From assembly GCA_051453625.1 (NCBI GenBank), contig JBOZIK010000001.1, forward strand, positions 27,716,178 to 27,736,177: 20,000 bases of DNA, read 5' to 3'. Position 1 is the stretch's first letter. Each line of letters starts with the position of its first letter. Of this stretch, positions 1-11,179 are shown in pieces. The translations under genes and the position numbers were made by a program. This DNA is from Welwitschia mirabilis (lineage: Eukaryota). The notes beneath the pieces were generated by a model, which had not been told where the DNA came from, made no database searches, and saw nothing but the letters and a program-made list of their open reading frames with translations.

Positions 1-203
1 GCCTTCTTCATCTTTAATCTTTCTCTAACATACTAAGTACTAGAACATGCCTGAAATGCCTTCAATTATGCTAAGAATTACATGTTTTAGTAATAATCCC
101 ATCGACTCTCTATAATCATCAAAATTATATCTAAACCTATATAAATGTCTTGTAAAAGCACTCTAAATATACCATTAAATTCCTATAAATTAACATCATA
201 ACA
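1..203 (-). mobile_element. Athila-like Ty3/gypsy 3' LTR, partial (its 5' end is at 203; it continues beyond the window start)
   Basis: Ends ...CATCATAACA on +, which is TGTTATGATG on -. 59-203 aligns without gaps to 1068-1212 (109/145 identical by hand count). It is followed by a PPT-side segment homologous to the one after the LTR end at 7792. Confidence 0.7.
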
Positions 204-580
204 TAGTTTCTACTTAACCTTGTTAGTCCTTGATAAAGTGAGTAATCAACTATATTATGAGTAAATTTGACTAAAATAATCAGCAACTAGAAAAATGGAA
301 TTTAAGTTTAATTTTATCATGTAGGAATAAACAATAAAAATTCATTAACTAATACAATTACTAATATATTTATAAGCCCCCTACTTAAACACATCATAAT
401 AGAATGAATGAATGTAATACACATAAACAAATCATAAAATGTAATAATGATAGTTGAAAAAATGGTAATGTGTAAGCATAAATCAAGAAAGTAATGCTAA
501 AACTAATGTGTAAAACTTAAGTAGTAATAATCTCAAAGGATGATGTATGAAAAGTTTATTAATGTTTTCTATAAGAGCCA
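204..580 (-). mobile_element. Athila-like 3' internal non-coding region with decayed PPT
   Basis: 204-265 (tagtttctacttaaccttgttagtccttgataaag...attatgag) resembles 7793-7855 (tagtcttccatttagctttattagttctttacaaa...attatgag). There is a second PPT-like motif, ccccctacttaaa, near 377-389. The region is cut by the N gap. Confidence 0.55.
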
Positions 581-680
581 NNNNNNNNNNNNNNNNNNNN
601 NNNNNNNNNNNNNNNNNNNNNNNNNNNNNNNNNNNNNNNNNNNNNNNNNNNNNNNNNNNNNNNNNNNNNNNNNNNNNNNN

Positions 681-1212
681 GAAGGAGGAGAAGGTTATTT
701 ATAGTTTTATATTGAAGATATATAAGCTTAATCCTAGAAGTAAAAAAATAAACCCTAATATCCCAAATAGGTCACTTGATTCCATTATAAAGATAATTAT
801 TTCTAACCCTAGAAAAATATCTCGTGTACTTACTATCATGGGGATGATAGAGGGGATGTCATTCTATGTTAAAAAGCACTTCATTGATTTCATGCCTTGC
901 TATCAACTCCTTAACGTATGTTTATGTTAGTAGTTCTATTGTCCTATTTATCATGGTGATGACAAAGGGGATGATAGGCTTCCTTATCTTTAATATCAAA
1001 GGTAAGTTAGACTTCTACATGCTAAATCCTTCTTCCAAATATGTAGTATCAAAATAAGCTTAGGCAACCTTCAAATATGATAATAATCACATGTTTTAAT
1101 GATCATCCTATTAAATCTCCATAATCATTAGTGTTGCATTCAAACTTGTATAATTATCCTGCAAAAAAACTCAAAATACACCATCAAATTCCTACAAATT
1201 GGCATCACAATA
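681..1212 (-). mobile_element. Athila-like LTR, partial (5' LTR or solo LTR), abutting chromovirus integrase
   Basis: Terminus GCATCACAATA at 1202-1212, close to the family consensus GCATCACAACA. It is 75% identical to 59-203. A TATA-like tatttatag (~696-704) and aaaccctaat match the layout at 7307-7368. No PPT follows; integrase codons begin within about 10 nt. Confidence 0.7.
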
Positions 1213-1222
1213 ATATAGCTTA

Positions 1223-2189
1223 ATTATGATAGTGTTGGATCTCTTAACAAAAATAGAACATTTCATAGCCACTATTAATAAAATATTAAATGGAAAAACC
1301 ATAAGGTTATTTTTGAAGGAAATCTTTAAACTATTAAAATGTTTAAAATGATTATCTTTGATTAAGATTCCTTTTTTACTTCTAGATTTTATAAAATATT
1401 AAAATATTAATTGAAAACTAAGTTAAATTTAAGCATATCTTATCATCTTGGAATAGCTGGATAAGTAGAATGCATTAAGAAGGTACTAGAAGTTTTTATT
1501 AGAGTATTTACATGAGATCATCCTAGTAGTTGGAATAAGATTCTACATATTATTATATTTTCTTATAATAGAAGCTACTGTAACTCTATTTAAATGGAGC
1601 CCTATGAGGCCTTATATGATAGAAGATAGATAACTTCATCTTCATGATTTTCATTGGTTTATAAATGATTAAATAAAGAAAAAGTCACATGAAAAAAATT
1701 AATAAAATATTAAACCACATTTTTGATAGAGAGAAGAAGCAAACAAATACACGTAAGGAAATACTTAGAATTTAAATTAGATAACCATGTTTTCCTTAGG
1801 GTTTTACATCTGAAAAATGTATTTAGAGCACTAAAAAGATTCAAAATAGATTTTAGATACATAATACCATTTACAATAAAATAGGATAAATTAAATGACC
1901 TATAATCTAGCTCTAGTTACTAAAATAGAACATTTATGTAATGTTTTTCATGCATAAATTCTTAAGAAATATGTTTATTATTTAATACACATTTATAATT
2001 AGAATAATTTCTTAGTATTCATAGTATGTGCTATCTAAAAGAAACTAGCAAAAATCCTAGAAATAAAGTTTACTTCTTATAGAAGCATGATATTTGCAAG
2101 TAAATATTAAATGGAAGAACCATACCCCTAAGGAGAATACTTAGAAAATGAAGGAGGATTTTAGAAATAAATATTCTTATCTATTTTAG
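1223..2189 (+). pseudogene. Decayed chromovirus (Tekay/Del-like) pol 3' end: integrase core, GPY/F region and chromodomain
   Basis: Hand translation with stops and frameshifts gives IMIVLDLLTKIEHFIA (cf. IWVIVDRLTKSAHF) and IIFD*DSFFTSRFY..KTKLNLSISYH (cf. SDRDPRFTSRFW..GTKLNFSTAYHPQTDGQ). It also gives FSYNRSY..MEPYEALY, LEFKLDNHVFLRV, NVFHA*ILKKY, and IKWKNHTPKENT*KMKEDFRNKYSYLF* with the stop at 2187-2189. Confidence 0.93.
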
Positions 2190-2216
2190 AACTCCATATA
2201 TAGGAGAAATTCTCAT

Positions 2217-2229
2217 AAGAAGAAGAGAA
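2217..2229 (+). promoter_or_regulatory. Polypurine tract (PPT) of the + strand chromovirus
   Basis: GGAGAAATTCTCAT-AAGAAGAAGAGAA lies about 28 nt after the pol stop. This is the usual Tekay context (GACGAAATT..TAAGGGGGGAGAA) with G>A decay. It is followed by TATTATAC, a plausible decayed TGTAATAC LTR start. Confidence 0.7.
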
Positions 2230-3428
2230 TATTATACTTTAGACTTTTAATAATCTAATTACATTATTATCAATGTTTCAAGTATAATGTTTGTAAAATA
2301 CTAGTGTAGACAAGTATATCTTAATATGGTTTTGTAAACTGATGATATAAGAAATTTAAAACCTAGAATGCTTTTTAAAATGTTAATAGAGACTACTATA
2401 AAATTTCCATTAATAATATAACATAATTATAATGTATTAAGTAATTTTTAGTACATACTTATAATGTCTAAGTAATTTTTAGTTTTGGAGTTAAAACAAT
2501 TTATTTCTTTTATAACTATAAAACTATATCAATAATATAGATTATGATATACTAAATTAAATTAAGAGCATGTCAAATTATATATCATACTTAATAAAAC
2601 TTTGATAAATAATATGTACTAGCATGTACTATAATAAAACATGATGGAAGTTGTCTTGCTTCAGTAGCAAGGTATCTTAATTAATGTTTCATAGAAATAA
2701 GTCTAAGTAATGGATTTATGTATGAATAATAAATTTCTATGTGTAAATATGTCATTAGGTATTAGGTAATTTTCATTATTTTCTTTAAAAGTTTAGATGA
2801 TACATTTCATATCAAAAATAATATTGGTATGTGTATTAGATATTTTATTATCTTACTTCTTATGATTGGAATTTCATTATCACATGACATGAAACTAATG
2901 GGGATTATCAAATGGAAAGCTAGACCTCATTAAATTACTTTCATTTCATGAGAGGCTAAAACTTGATAGACTTAGAATCTAAGAAATAATCAAGAGTTTA
3001 ACATATGTGATGCCTAAAGGCTAGAACCATAAAATAAGTGATGATTAAAGAATAGGAAAAAAAAAAGATTTCTAACTTAGTAAAAAGGCCCTAAGTAGAA
3101 ATGTATTCACTAAGTATTATTTATATAGCTTAGTGTCCTTATATTTGTCTATTCCTTTTGTGAAAAAGTAACTTTTGAAAATAATTAATCCTTGATCTAA
3201 TAGTATTTAGTAGGTTGAAACGTATAATATACGATATAAGTATATTCACTATTATGTTTATCTATATTTTTTACAATTAATGTAGAAAGGTAAGCTCATA
3301 TATAAGATGAAAACATAAATATGTTTATGTATGTGTATTTTTATGTGTATGTATATGTAGGTAAACATAAATGTATATCTATGTAATATTTCTATGTAAT
3401 ATAGTAAATATATAGTGATAAAACTATG

Positions 3429-3503
<75 letters not shown>

Positions 3504-3603
3504 NNNNNNNNNNNNNNNNNNNNNNNNNNNNNNNNNNNNNNNNNNNNNNNNNNNNNNNNNNNNNNNNNNNNNNNNNNNNNNNNNNNNNNNNNNNNNNNNN
3601 NNN

Positions 3604-3641
<38 letters not shown>

Positions 3642-4754
3642 TGTGTGTGTGTGTGTTTGTTTATCTTTATTATACACTATTCATAGCTAATTATATGATT
3701 TATAATATCACTAAATACTTCCTTCTTATGTGCATTCTCTTTACTTTTAATGAAAACCATGAAACTCCTACATCATTAATAAATGAGAAAATAGTAGGTT
3801 ATATGGAATCTAACATTGCATGTCACGTTGGCTTATGATTTTATTGAAAATTTCTAGATCATTATGTGTTCATTATGTATACGACACATCATTTAAAAGA
3901 GAATAATATAATACTATTTAAATGTATGAATTAAATTTTATTATACGTTTCTAGGATTAAATAATATAAGTAAAAATAATAAAATTTGATAAAAATGAAA
4001 AACATATTCCCATAAAATGCATGTTAATGCCATAATATATGCTCAAAAATCTAAGATAGTGTCATGGAAATCATGTATTGAAACTAAGATTTTTTCCTAG
4101 AGTTATTACAAAGTTTTTATGCTTATGAGAAATATAAATAAGGTTTAATAAGTGAAAGGTAAAATGTAATAGGGTGAGTTGATCATCCACATTGAATACC
4201 ACCCATTACCCTTCTCATCCTTCTTCATATGTCAACCTTCCTTTCTTCACACATCAACCTTTTTCTTCATTTGATTTCACAATCCCTTAGAATTTACTAT
4301 TACCTTAATATTGATTCCTTTTAAGGATGAAGGTTGTTCTACCTTAAGAATATTATATAACTTATGTTCTTTCAAACATGGAGGTGGTTGTTCAAGATTT
4401 TGACAATTTTAATAATACTTTAAGAATGTCTAAGAGGAGAAAGGTTAGGTTATCAATCATAAGTAATTGTTATGCTTGTTCTTTCTCTAGTATTATTAGG
4501 GGTTATGATTTATCTTTCATTTATTTTAATTAGGGTTATAATCATTGATAACGCATGACATCCTATTGAAAAAGAAGAAGAACATAAATATAGCTCTATA
4601 GTTTTGATAGCAATATATGTTTTATAGTAATTGATTAGAATTAAAGGGAGGTATTTGTGTTTAATGTATAAGCTTTTAAATCATGACTTATGTTGTAGTA
4701 AAGCTCTAGCAGCATTATTTTCACAAGGATAAATCAAGGCACAAAACTAAACAG
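2230..4754 (+). mobile_element. Probable 3' LTR of the + strand chromovirus (right boundary uncertain; may be composite)
   Basis: The start is fixed by the PPT. The region is non-coding, with a pyrimidine-rich block (4200-4290) followed by tagggtt motifs, as in LTR R/U5 regions. No second copy is in the window, so the extent is inferred. Confidence 0.35.
3433..3656 (+). repeat. (TG)n microsatellite spanning a 100-N gap
   Basis: Perfect TG run at 3433-3503, Ns at 3504-3603, then a TG run at 3604-3656 with one C interruption at 3641. A degenerate TATG/TA-rich stretch precedes it (about 3300-3420). Confidence 0.98.
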
Positions 4755-5663
4755 TGATGACACAAATTTATATAACCTACAAATGGTTTAAAACAAAATA
4801 AAAATTAATATTATGATGAATAAATATCAATGGTGATATTTAGAAATTAAGATAAATTTGAAATACAAATCTAAATCATTCAATAGTAAAGTCTTCACTT
4901 TAATAATATATAATAAATTTCTAAATAAATCTTAAAGTTGTTAAGTCATGATGGATTGGATTGTTGTAATATCATCTCATTTACCACATGAGTAGTGGTG
5001 AATTTCTTAGTCATTTTGATCATTTATAACCTAATGAAAACATAGAGATTAAAAAGGCAATACCTAAGAACCATCAAGAAAGATGACTATAACCAAGAAT
5101 TAAACTAAATAAATTCACTTAGAAAATGAAAGCACTTGATAAATATGTAGCCTTATTCAAGCACTGAAAGTATAATGTTAATTCCAATTAAAAATCAAGG
5201 ATGAAGGACTACTTCTATTTCACAAAAGAATAAGAATTGTAGTACACTAAAGAAATTAAAGTAAACTAATATGAGCTCATTAATGTAGCTTTCAAGCTAG
5301 CTCGCTCCCAAAGGGAAACCATAGAAATATGTGATGATCTATAATCTAAGAAATAGAAATTGAGAACTTTCTTAAGATGGGTTTAGAATGTAATGTTTAT
5401 AGTGTTTTGCCTTAAAGGCTTAGTGGTGTTAATTATCTTGATGCTGGCACTAGTACTTTCTATTCAAATAGTTCCAATTTTCAATAATACTTTAGAACTT
5501 AACATAATATCTAAAATCATTATGGAATAATACATGATTTTATAGATGATATTAAAAAACGTAGAAGACATAATTTTATAATAAAATAAATAATTTAATA
5601 TCTTTTCCTAAGATAAATTAATATAATATACTTGCTATCAATATTAATTTTTATTTTTTATCA
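4755..5663 (-). mobile_element. Possible older Athila-type LTR with TGAT...ATCA termini
   Basis: TGAT at 4755 and ATCA at 5660-5663, followed directly by caccctcctagttaa (PPT-like on -). A second PPT-like motif, cccataactagaattgaatatttgccttaaagt, lies at about 5850-5882. There is no clear second copy. Confidence 0.35.
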
Positions 5664-6559
5664 CACCCTCCTAGTTAAATGTTCTTAGCATCTTAGCAAA
5701 AAGGATAATAAATAATGATCTATATTGGAAAATGTTTAAAGAAAAATTGAATCATGAAAGAATGATATAATTTTTGGACATTTTTAATAAATATTTAAAA
5801 AATAATACATCAAAATTAGAAAAATTATTGAAAAATCTAGATGCCATATCCCATAACTAGAATTGAATATTTGCCTTAAAGTTTAGAAAGATAGAAAACT
5901 TTAATACAATTTTTAAGAACATGGTGATATACCTTTAGAGACATTTTTTCATGATATGTCATTTTATTAGAAAAGAGAAATATGCAATTAAGCTATAATG
6001 AAAGGAAAAAGTTATTTAATGATAAATCACAATCTCCATCTTTCAATCAATTTGTTCCTATTAATAGTTTAAATTTCTCTTCCTTGGATAAACATAGTGT
6101 AAAAGATCAATTCATAATTAAAATATTTTTGCCTCATAATGTTATTTGTTATGAAATTAAAATGAGGTAAAAATGATAGTGGATGGATGTAAAAATCAAA
6201 AATAATAAAATGAGTGTAACACAACCATGTAGCCTATGAATATAAGAGAAAAGTTAGATAAGATAATTATTTTATTTTGATTTTTAAGTTTTTTTATTGA
6301 ATCTCAATATTAAATAAATATAGTATTGATTGACTAACTTATGAAACTTAAAGAGCTTATACGAAATCCCAAGTATAGTAGTAAAGAGAATATAATTATA
6401 AGATCTCTAATTCCAACCTTTTCTTTCTACATTAAAGATTTTTACAATCATACACATTCCTTGTTCTAAGCTTTTAAATCATGCTAAGCATCTAGTGTTA
6501 TGACATTTTATTTCAATAGAGTTAATGTATTATTTCTTTAAGAAATTGATGTTGCATTA

Positions 6560-7792
6560 TGTTGTAGTGTGTATTTGTACAATATTTCATGTTATTATTC
6601 AATCCTATCAATGATAGATATATATTGCAAAATATAACACACTAATATACATGGGAGTGATCTAAATGTCATAATTCCATTGAAGACATAAGCAAGAAGA
6701 AAGAGATTTGAATTTAAATAAAATATTTATGTACTTCCTAAGTAGAACAAAATAATAATGAAAAGTAAATAAATGCAAGTAAATAAACTATGCAAATGAG
6801 ATGCAAGACTAATTTAAATGTAACATCTATTCGATTACCAAATCAACCTATTAAGGAGATCAAACCTATATAATATAGATCAATCAAGAAAATTTGTTAC
6901 TAGAACAAGACTAACCTAAACTATCAGATGCACTAAATAGAGCATGAAAATAATGTGAGTTAATCTAGAAAATAAAATGCAATGCACTAAAACTATCAAT
7001 ATCAAAATTAATAAAGGTTGTCCTTATGATTTATATAACAAATGAAGTTGTCACAGAATCATAAGTAACATAAACCATAAGAGAGATGAACATAACAAAA
7101 GATATAAAAATAAAAATAGAGTTTTGATTAATTCAAATCAATATCTATGTTATAAAGTAGTAGCACCTCAATAAAGGATACACAACCTAACACTAAAAAA
7201 GACATTTCTCTGCAACAACAAAAGATGGATCTCCTTCCCTTTAATCTACTATCACAAGAATTTCTACTATCAAAGAAGATAAAATTAGAGTTAAGGGTGA
7301 AGGAGGTATTTATTACAAACAAAACTTTAAAAATAATAAAAACTAATAAATGTGATAAAACCCTAATTATTGCACTATAAGTTCATGAAATATGATAAAC
7401 ATTTTGGATGTTATTTTACTAATCATCAAAATATCACAAAAGATGATTCCACATCATACAGGATCCAAATCAGCTACTAGTTTGGTTTAGTAAGTTTCCT
7501 AGTTAGCATAACTTATTTTGTCATCCATATTTTCATGTGAATGATAATATTGATGATGGACTTCACAAAGATGTTTCTTATGTCATATCAACTCTTTGAT
7601 TACAGGATTTTTACTTCAAATAGGAAGTACTACAATATGCCTTAAATGCTATCAAATGTAATGAATATTGCATATTTTCATGATATTTGCTTTAGCTCTT
7701 CATTACCATCAAAACTCAACACAAAACTATTTAGTATCTTATAAAACTACTCAAAATACCTTATCAAATATGTATAATTTGGTAGCATAACA
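6560..7792 (-). mobile_element. Athila-like 3' LTR (about 1.23 kb)
   Basis: Termini are TGTTGTAGTG at 6560 and GCATAACA at 7792. The left end (tgttgtagtgtgtatttgtac...gatctaaatgtcat) resembles 19871-20000 and 13727-13825. The right end (actcaaaataccttatcaaat) resembles 1168-1190. There is no TSD, and PPT-side sequence follows. Confidence 0.7.
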
Positions 7793-8456
7793 TAGTCTTC
7801 CATTTAGCTTTATTAGTTCTTTACAAAATTAGGTGACCAACCATAATTATGAGCTAAACTGATGATAGATAACTCAAGTAGGAAAATAAAAAATAAACTA
7901 AAAAATAATCTTATAAATCTCAAAATGCAAGATAGGAATGTCAAAAATAGATAACTAAACATTTTACTTATGTAGAATAAGTGGTCATACTATCATCTTG
8001 ATGGTTATTTAAATCATGAAGGGGGTGACAGGCTCAAAAAATATTCTTAAAACATAGAATCCTATGAAAAAAAGCTTTTAAAAAGATAAATATTAAAACT
8101 CAATAAAATTTAACAACCCTACACTTAAATGTATAGCACATTATAAAAATAATCATGTATAACATAAAAAATCATGATCGTGAAATGCTAAAAATATAAA
8201 TTTAATGTGCATAATATCCTAAAAATAAAATTGGACATAATAATAATACTCAAAAAGTAATATATATATAAAATCATGAGTTTTTAATATAATTCATGAG
8301 GGGAAGATATATAATATAATATAATATAATAAACCACTCCCCTTGTCATACCAAAATAAACTCCTAATGTGATTTAAGATTAAATACAGGTGAAAAAGAT
8401 GAAGGATGTTTAAGATCTATATAGAAATAATGGTTAAGAACTATTGTGATGGACCA
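7793..8456 (-). mobile_element. Athila-like 3' internal non-coding region, truncated
   Basis: The first ~60 nt are homologous to 204-265. Further PPT-like motifs occur at ~8117-8129 (ccctacacttaaa) and 8336-8342 (actcccc). The right boundary is inferred from the next element. Confidence 0.5.
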
Positions 8457-9622
8457 TGTAGTCTTGTATCCTTATACTCTGACTACCTCTGAGATGTTAA
8501 CTATCACACTGTGTTCAATGTGTAATATGTAATCAGACACATTTGCAACTACTCCTTTATGTGCTGAGCTCTCTTGTTAATACTAGATATCCTTTGACAT
8601 ATCTTGGTAAAGCCTTAGTCTATAACATCTTTAAGGCCTTGTGCTATATCTACTAAGAGTGTCTATATTTGCTTAAGGGGCATACCAAATATAAGTCTCT
8701 ATACCTTAGATCTCTTTGCTTCTCCTAGAATATGTATGCCCATGTCTTATAGGCAATGATTTGATGTTTGAAGATGTGTTAGTCTCTACTCACCCATAGA
8801 CTCATGTATATCAAAGCATCAAAAATGGCTAAGGGAAGGCATGGATATCCCAGAGTCTATATCTAACAAGCCTTTATCATCATCCTAAGTTTGCTATAAA
8901 TAAATGTCAATAAGCCCATCTGTTCCCTTGTTTAAACACTACCAACATCTATAAATGTATTATTATAACATAGCTATTATGAAAAGATGGACTGATGTTA
9001 TAAATCAATCCTTTGTGTTAAATCTGATAGGTAGGCAATAAATGTATCATCATAACTCCTGCCTATCACTAGTAAAATTAGCTAGTAAATCTAATACTGC
9101 ATCATAAGCATGATGATCCTCTGTATCTCTACCTAAGTAAATGTGCATACTATCAATGCCATATAATTCAGTAACTGTAGTGATGTGACTAGAGAGAATG
9201 GATATGTTTTGGTCATAAATTATAGCTATAATGTTCCATTTTACTAATTTTAAAATTACTTTGCATAAAAAGGAACATATGGAATAATATTTCAGGATCA
9301 ATAGGAATAAAAAGGGATAATTTGAAAAGAATGTAGTCTTTATTACTAATCATAGTAAATTACATTCCTCATCATTAACCAATAGCCCTAGACTAGTGGT
9401 GAAAGATAAAGGTATGGATTACAACCTGAGTTCCCCTCTTGGGATCCTTTAGGATTAGCCAAGGCTGTCATTAATTACATCCATCTAATCTATCCATCCT
9501 CATGTAATGCCATAGGCTTATATTACATAATGAAGGGATACATATTTTCATATTTAGATTACATCCATTCATATATTTTTTAATTATGCTCATTTATTGC
9601 TTAATACATTTATTACACTACA
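8457..9622 (-). mobile_element. 3' LTR of the - strand chromovirus
   Basis: It starts TGTAGTG on - at 9622, directly after the PPT. The matching inverted terminus TGTAGT on + at 8457 gives a 6-bp TIR. The left boundary is tentative because TGTAGT also occurs at 9332 and elsewhere. Confidence 0.55.
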
Positions 9623-9635
9623 TTCCCTTACCCTT
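9623..9635 (-). promoter_or_regulatory. PPT of the - strand chromovirus
   Basis: The minus strand reads CTCGAGGATGGGTACAATTCCT-AAGGGTAAGGGAA-TGTAGTG. This is the chromovirus CTCGAGGAC...AAGGGG..GAA-TG arrangement, downstream of the chromodomain. Confidence 0.8.
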
Positions 9636-9789
9636 AGGAATTGTACCCATCCTCGAGTCAGGTCTCTTCTCTTGTTGCATCATTTTTAAAGCCATGCTCC
9701 TTCAAATTATTTTTTGTTTAGTCTACAAAACATGATATACTTCATTAATATATACATTGATAATGTATAACAAAATGGTATTTTAGGAT

Positions 9790-10930
9790 TTATTAAAAAT
9801 TCTAGGAAAAGTCTCCTACATGTACTCTATATTTTTCCATGTTTCTTTTTATAGTGGGTACATTGGATGAGTACTTTAGGATCTTTTCCAGTTGGATAGT
9901 AAAGGTCAAGTTAGATTTAAGCATAATATGTTGCTAGTTCGAGGTGTAGTTCTAGTTTCTGTCTTTGTGATATGGTTTAATCATGATCACATAAAAAACT
10001 AGATTATTTAGGACATCTATAAAGAAAGTTCTAGTTTATATGCTAGATCTCCTATTCTTTTAATGATTTTTAATGGACTAGAGAACTGTGATACTAACTT
10101 GTTGTACTTTGCCATCCTTAGGAAGTTCCTTTCTAGCTTGATTCTTAGCTATGCCCTTTCATCGACTTGGAATGTACAAGTTTGATGTTTTAAATATAAT
10201 ANNNNNNNNNNCTCTATCTTTTTTGATCTCTGTAAAAGATCTAATCATGTAACAGGGGTAGAATAATTTTTTTCATACATTACTTTGAATGGTAAATATC
10301 AAATCGAAGTTTGAAACATATAGCTATAAGAAAATTCTACCAAATGTAGATAGTTCTCTCATTTTTTAGGCTTTTTTATTACATAACACCTTAGAGTATA
10401 TTTTAATATATGATTTACTCTTTTAATTTGACCATCTATTTCTGGGTAATATGTAGTGCGGAAGCTAAGTTTGGTGCCTAAGTGGTAAAAGAAACTTTAT
10501 CAAAACTTAGGAAACAACTTAAAAATTAGTTAGATACTATGACTAGTAATGCATCATGTAATTTAAAAACTTCCTATACAAACAAGTGGGCTAATTCTTT
10601 GGTTGTGTTAGAGCTTTTAACTATAATGATATGATCCATCTTAGTCAACATATCTACATAAATCAAAATTTCATCATACTGTCTGTTAGCAACGGGTAGT
10701 CCAGTGATGAAATTTATGGATATTTCCTCCCATTTCCACTGTGGTATTCCTAAAGATTGAAAGAGACCAGTGGGTCTTTCCTAATCAATATTCATCTACT
10801 AGCATATAGGGTAATTGCAAATGTATTCTTTCAAGTCTACTTTCATTCTAAACCAAAAGTAATATTTTCATAATTGATGGTAATTTTTAAGAAATCTAGG
10901 ATATCATACATATGAAACTTCATGTAGTTT
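9790..10930 (-). pseudogene. Decayed chromovirus integrase plus chromodomain
   Basis: The minus strand gives RPTGLFQSLGIPQWKWEEISINFITGLP, VDMLTKMDHI and HLGTKLSFRTTYYPEIDGQIKRVNHILKYTLRCYV. It also gives ENYLHLVEFSY, IIKRIGDLAYKLEL, and the chromodomain remnant TIQLEKIL...ETWKNIEYM*ETFP. The region has multiple stops and frameshifts and a 10-N gap. Confidence 0.95.
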
Positions 10931-11179
10931 AGACATTAGCTTACTTATTCATCGGCCTTATGAAATGCACAGGCATTGTTCTTTTAAAAAGTATCCATAC
11001 CATTAGAGCATGATGTATCTACTTCTTTTTCTTCTTGGACTTATTGATATATGTTCTTAAAGTATGGGTCATTAGTTAAGGATGTTTTGAAGAAGGTAGA
11101 TAGACCAAATGTGATAGTGATTTCTACATGTACTACATTTTCCTTAGAGTGTTTATGTCTTTGTTCTTTTTTCTAGGGG

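Noticed and set aside
547..1057. ORFs of 127 aa and 63 aa
   Set aside because: One spans Ns; both lie in LTR sequence and have no recognisable motif.
1200..1208. TGGCATCA as a tRNA-Met PBS
   Set aside because: It is better explained as the LTR terminus homologous to 191-203, and it is followed by mid-integrase rather than a leader and gag.
3258..3838. ORFs with CVCV.../THTH... repeats
   Set aside because: They are translations of the (TG)n microsatellite plus the N gap, not metal-binding proteins.
6555..7797. Solo LTR interpretation of 6560-7792
   Set aside because: The flanks CATTA and TAGTC are not a TSD, and PPT-side internal sequence follows.
5982..9301. Short ORFs at 5982, 7128 and 9050
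   Set aside because: They are chance ORFs in LTR or internal non-coding DNA, with no domain or gene-structure support.
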